Shown: piece by piece, positions 1 to 9,629 of the stretch
Position numbering within the stretch: position 1 is the stretch's first letter
How the letters are laid out: each line of letters begins with the position of its first letter
Origin: an uncultured delta proteobacterium
GTDB lineage: Bacteria > Desulfobacterota > Binatia > Binatales > Binataceae
Reading direction: 5' to 3'
Assembly (NCBI GenBank): GCA_963808235.1
Contig: CAWEEQ010000004.1
Coordinates: 384,001-448,000, forward strand
Length of the DNA stretch: 64,000 nt
Notes under the pieces: generated by a model
Databases searched by the model: none
Told to the model about the DNA's origin: nothing
Seen by the model: only the letters and a program-made list of their open reading frames with translations
Translations under genes and position numbers: made by a program

Positions 1-151
1 CGGAGGAAGAGTCGGCCCAGAGTAACCCCTTTTCCAAGAGGCTGTCCCAAAGCGTTGCCTCCAGGGCGCCGTCGATGACCGTATCGCGAAGCCGCTTACG
101 TGGCGGGCGCTCATGCCGTGAACCACGAATACGGAACTGAAATGCCCCCAT
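1..151 (-). CDS. possible 5' end of a gene running off the window (MGAFQFRIRGSRHERPPRKRLRDTVIDGALEATLWDSLLEKG...)
   Basis: ATG at 151 preceded by GGAGA; frame open to window edge; no recognisable motif. Confidence 0.3.
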   Translation of the reverse strand, partial: MGAFQFRIRGSRHERPPRKRLRDTVIDGALEATLWDSLLEKGLLWADSSS

Positions 152-330
152 CGTCTCGTCTCCAGTCCGGGATCCTCTCGTCGTTTGGCAGCCGTGAAAG
201 TAGCTCTATGGCGCTCGAAAGACAACGCGCGCTCATTGACTTCCGGTTGACACACCCCACGCCTCTCCTTGGCCTCGTTCTGGATCCGCTTGGATCAGGA
301 AGCTCGCTCGCCCCACCGTACCCTGCTATC

Positions 331-686
331 CGGCCCCTGCCCAAGGAAGTGTGAAACCCATGGGGGGTTTCACTACAATCAAGTTCTTCTCTCTCACGGC
401 TGATCTCTGGACAGCTGAAGGCGCCGGCATCGAGCTGACTTACGCGCAGGGCAGGGTGGACACCGGGGTGGTCCTTCGACTCCGCAGACTTCGCTCAGGA
501 TGACTCAATAATCGGAACACAAACTAACAAGAAATCACCGGCACAAAGCAGAACCCGCAAACAGCAACTTTCCTCCTCTAAACCCCTTCGAACAGGCGCT
601 CCGCGCCGCATCTTCATTCCTCACTCAGGTGCAGGGGCTGGCCCCTGCCGAAGGAAGCCACCGTGGGTTTCACTACAATGAGTTCC
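331..686. repeat. degenerate direct repeat, two copies (~331-386 and ~639-686)
   Basis: GGCCCCTGCC(C/G)AAGGAAG...GGGTTTCACTACAAT..AGTTC present twice; copy 1 has a GTGAAACCC/GGGTTTCAC hairpin. Confidence 0.6.
471..504. repeat. REP-like interspersed element
   Basis: GTCCTTCGACTCCG...TTCGCTCAGGATGAC; reverse complement GTCATCCTGAGCGAAG...GTCGAAGGAC resembles a widespread small intergenic repeat. Confidence 0.45.
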
Positions 687-1002
687 GATCTCTCCGACCC
701 CGTCTCACGCTCTTTGTTCTCTGTGGAACATCGCTGAAATTTAAATCGCGATCCCTTGTAGCGCACGGCACCGGTATCCTGTAGTGTCGAAGTTCGCGAC
801 GGCAGCACATTGCGCTCCCCGCCTCCGACTCTGACGGAATCCCAGTAAAAAAAGGGAAAAGTGAAAATGTGCTGATGCTGGCGGTTGCCTGACGACGCTT
901 GCGGGTCCTTAGGCGAGCTGAAGCATCATCCCCCCGTGCAGCCAATCAGGCATGGCAGCGGCGGTGTGCCACGAAAACGAATATGACCGGTGGGAGAGGC
1001 GA

Positions 1003-1932
1003 ATGGCAGCAGCTTTCAGGACGTCGAGCACGATTGAAAACACAAAGACCGCGCCGTGGGAGATGCCGTGGTGGCATGCCTTTCCCGCCCGCGATGCGTC
1101 CATACTGTTCTGGGTCTTACTGATACACATCACGGCCGCCGTCGGGCTCGTCCTCTATCCGCTCCCCGGATGGCGCGTGCTTCTCGGCGCGATTGCGCTG
1201 GTCTTCATCGGCGGACTCGGCACCACGGTCGGTTATCATCGCGCGATTGCGCATCGCTCGGTCACGCTCAATCCATGGGCGCGCGGAGTGCTGATTTTCT
1301 TCGCGATGTTCAACGGCTCGGGCGCGCCGACTACGTGGGCCGCCGGCCATCGCCTGCATCACGCCAAGGCTGATACTCCGGACGACATCTCGAGCCCCAT
1401 TTGGGGCGGTTTCTGGTGGGCGCATCTGCGATGGCTATGGCAGGCAGGCGAGCCGCCGGTCGATCGCTACTGCCCCGATCTCAACGGTCTTTCGTATCGC
1501 GCCTGGCGATGGTTCCAGGTTCCGATTCTGACGCTTTCATATCTGGGCGGTTTGTATTTCAGCCCGGTCGCGTTTTTCTGGCTCGGCGCGATCCGCCTAT
1601 GCTTCGGGCTGCACGCGCAATGTTTCGTCAATAGTGTGTGCCACACCGAACCGGGAATCGCGATCGGCCAGGATTCCAGCCGCAACGTAAAATGGCTCGC
1701 GCTGATGCATTTGTTCCAGGGCGAAAACTGGCATCGCAACCATCACGCGCGGCCCGGCTCAGCGCGTCTCGGATGGACCTGGCGCCAGCCCGACGCCGGC
1801 TACCTGCTGATCCTGGCGTTGGAGAAATTCGGACTTGCGACCGACGTCCGCCACGGCACTCCGCACGGCAAGAGTCGGCAAGGCTCGATGGAACCGGTAG
1901 ATCCCGCAGAAATCCTCGATCCCGCTGCCTGA
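1003..1932 (+). CDS. fatty acid (acyl-CoA delta-9 type) desaturase
   Basis: His boxes HRAIAH, HRLHH, HRNHH; TM segments; GGGAGAGG before ATG 1003. Confidence 0.9.
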   Translation: MAAAFRTSSTIENTKTAPWEMPWWHAFPARDASILFWVLLIHITAAVGLVLYPLPGWRVLLGAIALVFIGGLGTTVGYHRAIAHRSVTLNPWARGVLIFFAMFNGSGAPTTWAAGHRLHHAKADTPDDISSPIWGGFWWAHLRWLWQAGEPPVDRYCPDLNGLSYRAWRWFQVPILTLSYLGGLYFSPVAFFWLGAIRLCFGLHAQCFVNSVCHTEPGIAIGQDSSRNVKWLALMHLFQGENWHRNHHARPGSARLGWTWRQPDAGYLLILALEKFGLATDVRHGTPHGKSRQGSMEPVDPAEILDPAA

Positions 1933-2022
1933 TCGCGAACCTTTCCGGACGTTCACTTTCTGCTCAAGAAAAGAGCGTAACCCGCTCCGCCTGCCTGCGT
2001 ATTCCATGATTAGGGGAACACA

Positions 2023-2139
2023 ATGAACACTGTGGGCTTTGCATTCGCGGCGATCATCTCAACGATCATAATGTTCGGGACCGTGATGGCGGCGCATGCG
2101 AATGCCGTCTCGTCGGTCCTGGGCGTGTGGATCTTTTGA
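2023..2139 (+). CDS. 38-aa hydrophobic small protein
   Basis: AGGGGA RBS then MNTVGFAFAAIISTIIMFGTVMAAHANAVSSVLGVWIF; below ORF-track cutoff. Confidence 0.55.
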   Translation: MNTVGFAFAAIISTIIMFGTVMAAHANAVSSVLGVWIF

Positions 2140-2154
2140 TCTGTTCGCGACGCT

Positions 2155-2595
2155 TTAGTCAGGGACTTTCGCGGCGAGGTTCAGCAGTTCCTGCAAAGTC
2201 TGATTGAAGCGGTAGAACTTGTCCTCGCGCAATTGATCGGTCGATTCGAGCCACAACTCCTCGCCCACCAGAGCAAGCGAACTCAACGTATGCCGCAGTT
2301 GCGGGCGGCCGTTCGCGGTGATCTCGCCGAGCATTCGATCCCAGATCTCGCGCTTGCCGCAAATGACGAAGTCAGGGTCGTACTCGTTCAGATCTTCGAC
2401 CGGTTTCGCCTCGGTTAGTTGATAGCCGTCGATCACCAGGCCAACGATTTGATCGCCGCCGTTCGACATGTTGTTGGGAACGACTCGCACCGCAAATCGC
2501 GTCTCGGCGTAACCGAGCCGTCGGAAGAGTTCACCCTCGGCCTGCATCAGTTGGCCGAGGGTGATGAACCAGCGTGAATCAGGAAATGAGGGCAT
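2155..2595 (-). CDS. hypothetical protein, SCP2-like fold suspected
   Basis: N-terminal FPDSRWF and DFVICG..W pattern; overlaps upstream gene. Confidence 0.6.
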   Translation of the reverse strand: MPSFPDSRWFITLGQLMQAEGELFRRLGYAETRFAVRVVPNNMSNGGDQIVGLVIDGYQLTEAKPVEDLNEYDPDFVICGKREIWDRMLGEITANGRPQLRHTLSSLALVGEELWLESTDQLREDKFYRFNQTLQELLNLAAKVPD

Positions 2596-3712
2596 CGGGT
2601 GCTTCGAAGAGTTTGTTGAAGTCAGTCGGCAGGATGCATCGCGGACGCCGGTCGAGTCCGGCCGAGTCGCATCGCTGCAGATATTCGTGGACGATTCGGC
2701 GCCACAACTGTCCCTGCAATTCCATCCCCTTGTCGAAGTTTTTGATTCCGCCGCCCATCAGGATCGCCATCGGCTCGACCGCCTCGGGCACGCTGAAGGT
2801 CTCGAGCAAAATCCGCTCGGCGTCGTCGAGCTGTTCGTGGAGTTCTTCGGCGACAGCGGGATTTGCCTTGAGCTGCGCGCGCAGATGCATCGTGCCGAAT
2901 CCGACGTGGCGCGATTCGTCCTGCATGCATCGCCGGAAGATTTCCTGATCGACACGGCTCGGCGCGATGAACTCGCCCTGGCGGAACATCGTGAGCACGA
3001 ATCCTTCGCCGAGCAATTGGAGGCGGCCGGTCTGCGCGGAGAAGCTCGGGCAATCGAAGATTCGTTTCAGCGAGAGCTCGCTCAGCACGCTGGCTTTGCC
3101 GAGACCGCCGCCGTTGGCGAGTGCGCGCTTGCGGAACACGTCCATGTGCCGCGCCTCGTCCATCGCCTGCGTGGCGAGAAACATTTTCACTTCGAAGTAG
3201 TCGTGATTCATCTGACCCATCCATCGCGTCGGCGCGTCGGCCGCGATGAACTCGACCTCGGTCAGAAAAGTGCATAGCTGGCACATCGCGCGCTCGAGGT
3301 CGTCGGGCAACGGCTTCAGCTCCGTCCACGGGATGTCGCGCGCCGAGCTCCATTGCCGCGCGACCGCCTCTTCGTACAACTCGGAAACGTTGTCGGCCCA
3401 GCACTCGGCCTTTTCGTTGATCGTAAATCCGAGCGAGGGCAGGCCGTCGGGAATCATCGCGCCGCGCGGCGCCATCGAGCGATGCGCTCCGCCGTGCTCG
3501 GGCACGATTCCGTAGCTGCCGATCTCGATGTCCTTCAGTCGGAGTCCGAGGTTGCCGGGCTTGGCGCGCACGCCCCATTCGCCCATCTGGTCCATCCAGC
3601 CGAGGTCAGGAGTGCCTGACTGGTAGAGCTTTTGCAGATAGACCGAAGGTTCAAGCTTTACTTTAGCTTCCGAACCGACCCGTTCTTCATCCTTGATGTG
3701 CACCGCACCCAT
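2579..3712 (-). CDS. ferritin-like di-iron oxygenase/hydroxylase family protein
   Basis: paired DEARH and DESRH motifs with preceding Glu helices; GGAGG RBS. Confidence 0.8.
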   Translation of the reverse strand: MGAVHIKDEERVGSEAKVKLEPSVYLQKLYQSGTPDLGWMDQMGEWGVRAKPGNLGLRLKDIEIGSYGIVPEHGGAHRSMAPRGAMIPDGLPSLGFTINEKAECWADNVSELYEEAVARQWSSARDIPWTELKPLPDDLERAMCQLCTFLTEVEFIAADAPTRWMGQMNHDYFEVKMFLATQAMDEARHMDVFRKRALANGGGLGKASVLSELSLKRIFDCPSFSAQTGRLQLLGEGFVLTMFRQGEFIAPSRVDQEIFRRCMQDESRHVGFGTMHLRAQLKANPAVAEELHEQLDDAERILLETFSVPEAVEPMAILMGGGIKNFDKGMELQGQLWRRIVHEYLQRCDSAGLDRRPRCILPTDFNKLFEAPDALIS

Positions 3713-3915
3713 CGAGTGGCCTCCTGACTCGCGATCGCGCCGCGAGCCGATATCAAACGGGCTATCAGAAGCATTTCCAGATTGTCAATCCGTGCCGGTT
3801 GCGGGCAGCGAAAATCGCTGGAGTTTTACTTAGTCGCGCCGCGATGCTTTTGTAAAACCGTCAAACCAACTCGCGCACGGGGGGAGCGCCTCACCGCTCG
3901 GATGGAGGACGCATC

Positions 3916-4359
3916 GTGTCGATACTTTCGGAGTTCAAGCAGTTCGCAATCAAGGGGAACGTGATCGATCTCGCGGTTGGATTCGTCGTCGGCGCGGCGT
4001 TTGGGAAAATCGTGACGTCGTTCACCACCGACATCCTGATGCCGCCGATTGGGCTCGCGCTGGGCGCGGTTGATTTCTCAAACCTGTTCATTAATCTTTC
4101 GTCGAAGAGTTATCCGACCATTGCGGCGGCGAAGGCGGCTGGCGCGCCGACGCTGAACGTCGGATTGTTCATCAATACGATCATCGACTTTGTGATAATC
4201 GCATTCGCGGTTTTTTTACTCGTGAAGTGGGTAAATCATTTGACCGGCGCCGACAAGCCCGCACCGGTCAGGACCAAGGACTGCCCGTATTGTCTGAGCG
4301 CGATTCCGCTCGGCGCGACGCGCTGCCCGCATTGCACTTCTGAGCTGCAGGCGGCGTAG
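3916..4359 (+). CDS. mscL: large-conductance mechanosensitive channel with C-terminal Zn-ribbon
   Basis: [17 protein letters not shown] motif; CPYC...CPHC tail. Confidence 0.95.
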   Translation: MSILSEFKQFAIKGNVIDLAVGFVVGAAFGKIVTSFTTDILMPPIGLALGAVDFSNLFINLSSKSYPTIAAAKAAGAPTLNVGLFINTIIDFVIIAFAVFLLVKWVNHLTGADKPAPVRTKDCPYCLSAIPLGATRCPHCTSELQAA

Positions 4360-4391
4360 TCCCGGCCAGAGTTCATCGCGGACGAAAGGAA

Positions 4392-4418
4392 GCGGGCGCG
4401 TGCATCGCACGCGCCCGC
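4392..4418. terminator. hairpin between convergent genes, probable terminator
   Basis: GCGGGCGCGTGC-ATC-GCACGCGCCCGC, 12-bp perfect stem. Confidence 0.65.
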
Positions 4419-4443
4419 CTTCGATCCGTATCTAACGATCGCT

Positions 4444-6081
4444 TTACTTGTGGCTGCCGGTCACCAATCCAGTATCTGGATCCAGGAATACCTGGTGGCG
4501 ATGGCCCGGGTTTACCTTCTGTGTAAAGTCGAACATGTTCTCGATCGATCCCGAAATTGCGTCAAAGGAACCGTTGCCGATCCCACCGAGCGCCCAATTT
4601 TCCTCGATGAAGTGAATGATCGAGCTCTGGTCGGTCAGAGTGTTATCGACGAAGTTCGTCTTCGCGTACGGCGAGATCACCAGCATCGGGATTCGCGGAC
4701 CATAGCCGCAGCGGCCGTTGATGCCACCCAGGGGAGTGCCGTTGCCGCACTTGCCGACTCCGTTGAGCTCATCGCTGTCGGCGGCGGTGGTCTGTGAGAC
4801 CGCGGACGAATTGATAATCGGACCGATCTGATGGTCGTACCATCCGTCGGAATCATCCCAGGTGATCACGACCGCCGTGCTGTCCCAGAACTCGGAGCTC
4901 TGGACCGCGTTGATGACGCTGACCACGAATTGCTGCTCCATCAGCGGATCGGAGTAGCCCGCGTGACCGTCCATATTGGCCGGGGCCTTGAGGAAACTGA
5001 CCGCAGGCAAGTTGTTTGCATTGAGCGCGTCGAAGAAGTCGTGGGTGTCGTAATTGTGGTTGGCGGTATCAGTGGGTGAACCGAACATGCCGTACTGGCT
5101 GGGCGAAACGCTCGGACGGGTATGATTCGGGTTCGCGGTGCTGGGCCAATAATTGAAGAAAGAATGATGCGGGATGTAGTCGGCGGTAAAATTGTCCGGA
5201 CCTGGAGGAATCGTGAGGCTGTTCGCAGCAGTTGCGAGACTCGAGCGCGCGCATCCGGATGTTCCATTGGGATTGGTGACGGTCAAATCGAAACCGCCCA
5301 TGAACGAAGCCCAACTCAACCCCGCCGCGGTCAACAGGTCGCCGATGTTCTGCCCGCCCATCTGAACCGTGAGAGTCTTGCTCGAGCACACGTCGCCCGC
5401 AGGATCGATGTCGCCGACTAGTGTACCGTCCACTACCTTTTGCGATGACCCGATGACGAGCGTCGCGGGATGGGTGTTGCCGGAGATCAGGTTCATCACG
5501 CCGGGCGTTGACGGCCCGAAAGTGGTGCCGTAGAAATTGTCGTTCAGCGCGTAGTTCTGCGCGTAGTTCCACATCGCGGTGACGGTGTTGCCGTCGAAGT
5601 ATCCCATCACGAGGCCATTGCCCTTGCCGTACGAGTAGTTGTCGAGGCAGAACGGGCCGTCGCCGTCTCCGACTTTCAGCGGGAACAGATCCATCAGCCC
5701 CATGTCGAAGGCCGCCTGCTCGTCGCCGTAGTTGTGATCCTGGTCGCAGGTCGACGCCTGGTTACGGCCGAGAAGAAATGGATTGATGGCGTTGGTGCCG
5801 TTGGCGGCGTTGAGAAAGTTCGGATTGTTGGTCAGGAGCGAGCTGGTCAGTCCGTTGACGGTCGGGGTTCCGGGTTGCGCGACGAACTGCGGGTCGCCCG
5901 GCGGCGGTTAGTCGCGTTTGGATAGCTCCCGAAGTAATGATCGAACGAGACGTTTTCCTGAAAGATCACCACGACGTGCTGGATGGGTGTGGCCGGCCCC
6001 GCCGCCAGTCACCGTACCACAGCAGATCGCGATGATCGCGAGCGCACCGGTGGCGCGCGCGAGCAACTTTCTTCCTCGCAT
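4444..6081 (-). CDS. secreted phospholipase C / acid phosphatase (phosphoesterase family); two frameshifts near 6009 and 5906
   Basis: signal peptide from ATG 6081; IQHVVVIFQENVSFDHYFG in a shifted frame; GPSTPG, DGH, WDDSDGWYDH and GPRIPMLVISPY in the main ORF. Confidence 0.85.
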
Positions 6082-6255
6082 ATTGAGTGTTCCTCCGTTT
6101 AGTGATGTTTGCGCGCGGACGAAATTGATCCGCGAGGTGCGCACACTAACCGGGGTATGTGACGGTGCGATGAATGAGATTTTTCGACACGATCAATTTC
6201 GTGTGAAGCGTGCGCTTCTTTTTGACGTTCGTCTCAACACGAACGCGCAGCGATG

Positions 6256-7515
6256 CTAGAAGCCGGCGTGCGCGACGTCGGCGATCGCTTTCGCGGCTCG
6301 CTCGCATATCTCGCTCAACATCTCGTCGGTGATCACGGTGGACAGAGCGATCATCCCGCGCGGCGCGAGGAAGAGACCGTTGTTGAGCGCGGCTAGGTGG
6401 AAGCTCGAGATTGTGCGCGAGTCTTCGCGCGCGACGGTCGGGGGCGGCGGCTCCTTCAGAAAAAATACATTCAGCAACGATCCGTAAGCGCGCACTGAGA
6501 ACGGCAGCTCGGCATGACGCGCCGCTCGTGAGAGCTCGGCGCCGAGGCGCTCGGCCTGCGCAGCCATCTTGTCGATGCGCGCCTGGGTCAGTTCGCGCAC
6601 CGATACGATTCCGGCGGCGCAGGTGATCGGATTGCCGTTGAAGGTGCCCGCATGGAACATCGAGCCGCGGTTGCGCGGATCGAAAGATGACATCACTTCC
6701 TCGGAGCCGCCGAGCGCACCAACGGGAAAACCGCCGCCGACGATCTTGCCAAGCATCGTGAGGTCGGGCTTGACGTCGAAGATCCGTTGCGCGCCGCCTT
6801 CGTTCAGGCGCAGCGTGATCACTTCATCGAGGATGAACAGTGCGCCCGCGCGGTGCGCCGCTTCGGCGACCCGGGAGAGAAATCCTTCCTGCGGCTCGAC
6901 GATGCCCGCGGAACCCAGGATCGGCTCGAGGAAGACTGCGGCAATTTCCGAGCCGCGTTCCGAGAGCAGCGCCTCGAACGCAGTCGCCTCGCCAAAGTCG
7001 GCGAGCATCGTGCGCTCGCCGTCCTGGCCGCCGAGGCCGACTTCCAGATCATCGTAAGAGCCGTGATATCCGTAGCGCGCCATCAAGATGAGCTTGCGGC
7101 CGGTGAGCCGTCGCGCGACTTGCACCGCGAGCATCCCGGCTTCGGTTCCCGAATTGCAGAATCGTACCCGATCGATCGACTCGACCCGTTCGCAAATGAG
7201 CGACGCGAGTTCGACCTGCGCCTGCGAACGCGCCGGCCATGCACTGCCGTCGCGCACGGCCCTGGTGACCGCCTCGACGATCGGCGGATACGCGTTGCCG
7301 TGAACGAGGCTCGTGTAGTTGCCGAGCAGATCGATGTACTGATTGCCGTCAACGTCCCAGACGAACGCGCCTTCGCCGCGCGCAATGGTCAGCGGATAAG
7401 GCCGATAGTAAGTAGTGGTGCGGGTGTCGCCGCCGGGCATGACGCGCTCGGCGCGCTTGCAGAGCTCCGCCGACTTCGCTGTCGCCGCGCGGTAGCGTTC
7501 CTCAACAGCATTCAT
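6256..7515 (-). CDS. class III PLP aminotransferase (glutamate-1-semialdehyde aminomutase-like)
   Basis: DVDGNQYID, NSGTEA, DEVIT, GKIVGGGFP, HAGTFNGNP; RBS before ATG 7515. Confidence 0.9.
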   Translation of the reverse strand: MNAVEERYRAATAKSAELCKRAERVMPGGDTRTTTYYRPYPLTIARGEGAFVWDVDGNQYIDLLGNYTSLVHGNAYPPIVEAVTRAVRDGSAWPARSQAQVELASLICERVESIDRVRFCNSGTEAGMLAVQVARRLTGRKLILMARYGYHGSYDDLEVGLGGQDGERTMLADFGEATAFEALLSERGSEIAAVFLEPILGSAGIVEPQEGFLSRVAEAAHRAGALFILDEVITLRLNEGGAQRIFDVKPDLTMLGKIVGGGFPVGALGGSEEVMSSFDPRNRGSMFHAGTFNGNPITCAAGIVSVRELTQARIDKMAAQAERLGAELSRAARHAELPFSVRAYGSLLNVFFLKEPPPPTVAREDSRTISSFHLAALNNGLFLAPRGMIALSTVITDEMLSEICERAAKAIADVAHAGF

Positions 7516-7604
7516 CGTCTTATCCCCCCGAATCTCACCGGCTCCAACACGCCCGTGGTAATTATTACCCGGCCCATCATTTCCGCCCATCCGGCGGACA
7601 CGAG

Positions 7605-8405
7605 TCAAGCACCCCTACGTTTGGTTGATTTTCCCTTCGATTTGTCAGGCAAAGAGTTCACGGGAATCAACTCGTAGAGCGAAACGTGAAGCCCGCTCGC
7701 CGCGTCGAACAGTTCACGATTCCATCCCGAATATCGCGCGCGCAAGCGCATTCCGGCAAGGCGCGCCATCAGGTCGAGCTCGGCGGGAAACGCGTAGCGA
7801 ATCTTCAGCGGATATATGTCGATGCCGTTTTTGCCAATCAGGACATGAGCGGCGCGCGTGGTCTGCGTCGCGCGATCATGCATCGCGGTGTCGAGCTTGA
7901 CGCGATCGTTCTCGATTGACGAGACCGATACGCGCTGGCCGCGGTCGAAGAGCGCCTGGTCGGGGACGAACGCCTCGATGACAAAAACGCCGTCGTCGGT
8001 GAGATGACGCGCGACCCGCGAGAAGCATCGGAGCTGCTCATCCTGACTGTTCAGCATGAACAAGGTGTTGAAGATTACGTAAATGAGAGAGAATTTCCCG
8101 CCGATTTTCACATCGGCGAAGTCGCCGATCTCGACTGCGATCGCTTCGCCACCGGGCTTGGCGCGCATCTTTTTGGCCATCTTTGGCGACGCTTCGATTC
8201 CGAAAACCTTGAATCCGCGCGCCGCCAGCGGTATCGCGACACGTCCGGTACCTACTCCGAGCTCGAGGACTCGGCGCTTGCCCGCGACCGAGGCGAGAAA
8301 TTGGACAGCCTGCGCGGCTGACGTGGTCGGAGCCGTGATCTCGTCGTAAACGTCGGCGATTCGATCGCCGTAAGTGGACGAGTCGTACTCGGGCACGCGG
8401 GTCAC
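7605..8405 (-). CDS. class I SAM-dependent methyltransferase
   Basis: VLELGVGTGR motif I. Confidence 0.9.
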   Translation of the reverse strand: MTRVPEYDSSTYGDRIADVYDEITAPTTSAAQAVQFLASVAGKRRVLELGVGTGRVAIPLAARGFKVFGIEASPKMAKKMRAKPGGEAIAVEIGDFADVKIGGKFSLIYVIFNTLFMLNSQDEQLRCFSRVARHLTDDGVFVIEAFVPDQALFDRGQRVSVSSIENDRVKLDTAMHDRATQTTRAAHVLIGKNGIDIYPLKIRYAFPAELDLMARLAGMRLRARYSGWNRELFDAASGLHVSLYELIPVNSLPDKSKGKSTKRRGA

Positions 8406-8803
8406 TTCACGGCCGCGATCGCTTCCATCTCGACCATCAGGCCGTCGACCGCAAGCGAGGTCACGCCGACCAGCGTCGAGGCGGGCGGCTCTCCGTCGGG
8501 AAACAGCTCGCCGCGCGCCTCGCGCATCGCGGAATAGTCAGACTGCTTGTAGTTAACGATGTAGGTATTCGTTTTGACTATGTCGGCGGGAGTGGCGCCG
8601 GCGGACGCGAGCGCGAGTTTCAAATTCGACGCGGCCTGCCGAATCTGGGCTTTGAGATCGCCCGGGCCGACCAGCTTGCCCTCTTTGTCGATCGAGACCT
8701 GTCCCGAGATGAAAATCAGTTTAGCCGGGCCGGCGATCGTCACGATATGCGTATAGCCGCGCGGGGTGAGCAGGGTGTCGGGGTTGATGTATTTTTTATC
8801 CAT
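8402..8803 (-). CDS. RidA/YjgF family protein
   Basis: FISGQV, PPASTLVGV, VEMEAIA. Confidence 0.9.
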   Translation of the reverse strand: MDKKYINPDTLLTPRGYTHIVTIAGPAKLIFISGQVSIDKEGKLVGPGDLKAQIRQAASNLKLALASAGATPADIVKTNTYIVNYKQSDYSAMREARGELFPDGEPPASTLVGVTSLAVDGLMVEMEAIAAVK

Positions 8804-8852
8804 TGTATTTTCCCTCGCTGGAATTTTTCCTGTCGAAAGTCGTAAACAGAAA

Positions 8853-9191
8853 TCAAGGTTTCGCGGCGCCGTATTGAAGCACCTGGACCTTCTCGACCGT
8901 GATTAGCCCCGAGCCCATCATCTTGTCGAGGATCGGGATGAACGCGTCGATCTTTTCCTGGCTGTCGACTATTTCGATCACCATCGGCAGATCTTCCGAC
9001 AGGCGCAGGATCTTTGCGGAGTGGAGATGACTCGATTTGCCGAAGCCCATCGGGCCGCGCAGCACGGTTGCGCCGCCCATATTGAGCTCGCGGGCCTTGA
9101 GAACGATCGCTTCGTAGAGAGGCTTGTGATCGAATCGTTCACTTTCGCCGATGAAAATTCGGAGCAACACCGCATCGCGTGGAATTTGCAT
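8853..9191 (-). CDS. DUF190 (PII-like) protein
   Basis: LLRIFIGES, GATVLRG, LSEDLP; typical crcB neighbour. Confidence 0.85.
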   Translation of the reverse strand: MQIPRDAVLLRIFIGESERFDHKPLYEAIVLKARELNMGGATVLRGPMGFGKSSHLHSAKILRLSEDLPMVIEIVDSQEKIDAFIPILDKMMGSGLITVEKVQVLQYGAAKP

Positions 9192-9193
9192 AA

Positions 9194-9586
9194 CTAAACT
9201 CCCCGATTGAGTATCGTCGCGACCACGAATCCGAGCCACACTGAGAGAAGGCAAAGCAGAACCGAGCCGCCGGCGTTGGCGGCGGCGGGGACCCATTCAC
9301 CGGCACGCATCAGGTATAGCGTCTCGAGGGAGAAACTGGAGAACGTCGTGTACCCGCCGCAAATGCCGACCATGACGAACTGGCGGGCGGGAGTTCCGAC
9401 CAGCAGGCGTCCGTCGGGGCCGGTCAGGGTCGCGAAGAATCCGATCACCAGGCATCCGCTGATGTTCACGAGCATCGTGCCGTAGGGAAAGGTGCCGCCG
9501 GTGAGAGTGGTGATAACGCCGGAAACAAAGTAGCGGCCCATGCCGCCGAGCGCGCTGCCAATCGCAATCAGGAAATACGCAAGCAA
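9194..9586 (-). CDS. crcB: fluoride efflux channel Fluc
   Basis: GSALGGMGRY, FPYGTMLVN, GICGGYTTFSSF. Confidence 0.95.
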   Translation of the reverse strand: MLAYFLIAIGSALGGMGRYFVSGVITTLTGGTFPYGTMLVNISGCLVIGFFATLTGPDGRLLVGTPARQFVMVGICGGYTTFSSFSLETLYLMRAGEWVPAAANAGGSVLLCLLSVWLGFVVATILNRGV

Positions 9587-9629
9587 CCGGGACCTCCGAT
9601 CAGTTCAACGGCGCGACGCCGACGCGCGA

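Noticed and set aside
331-686. CRISPR array
   Set aside because: Only two degenerate copies about 300 bp apart, and no cas genes.
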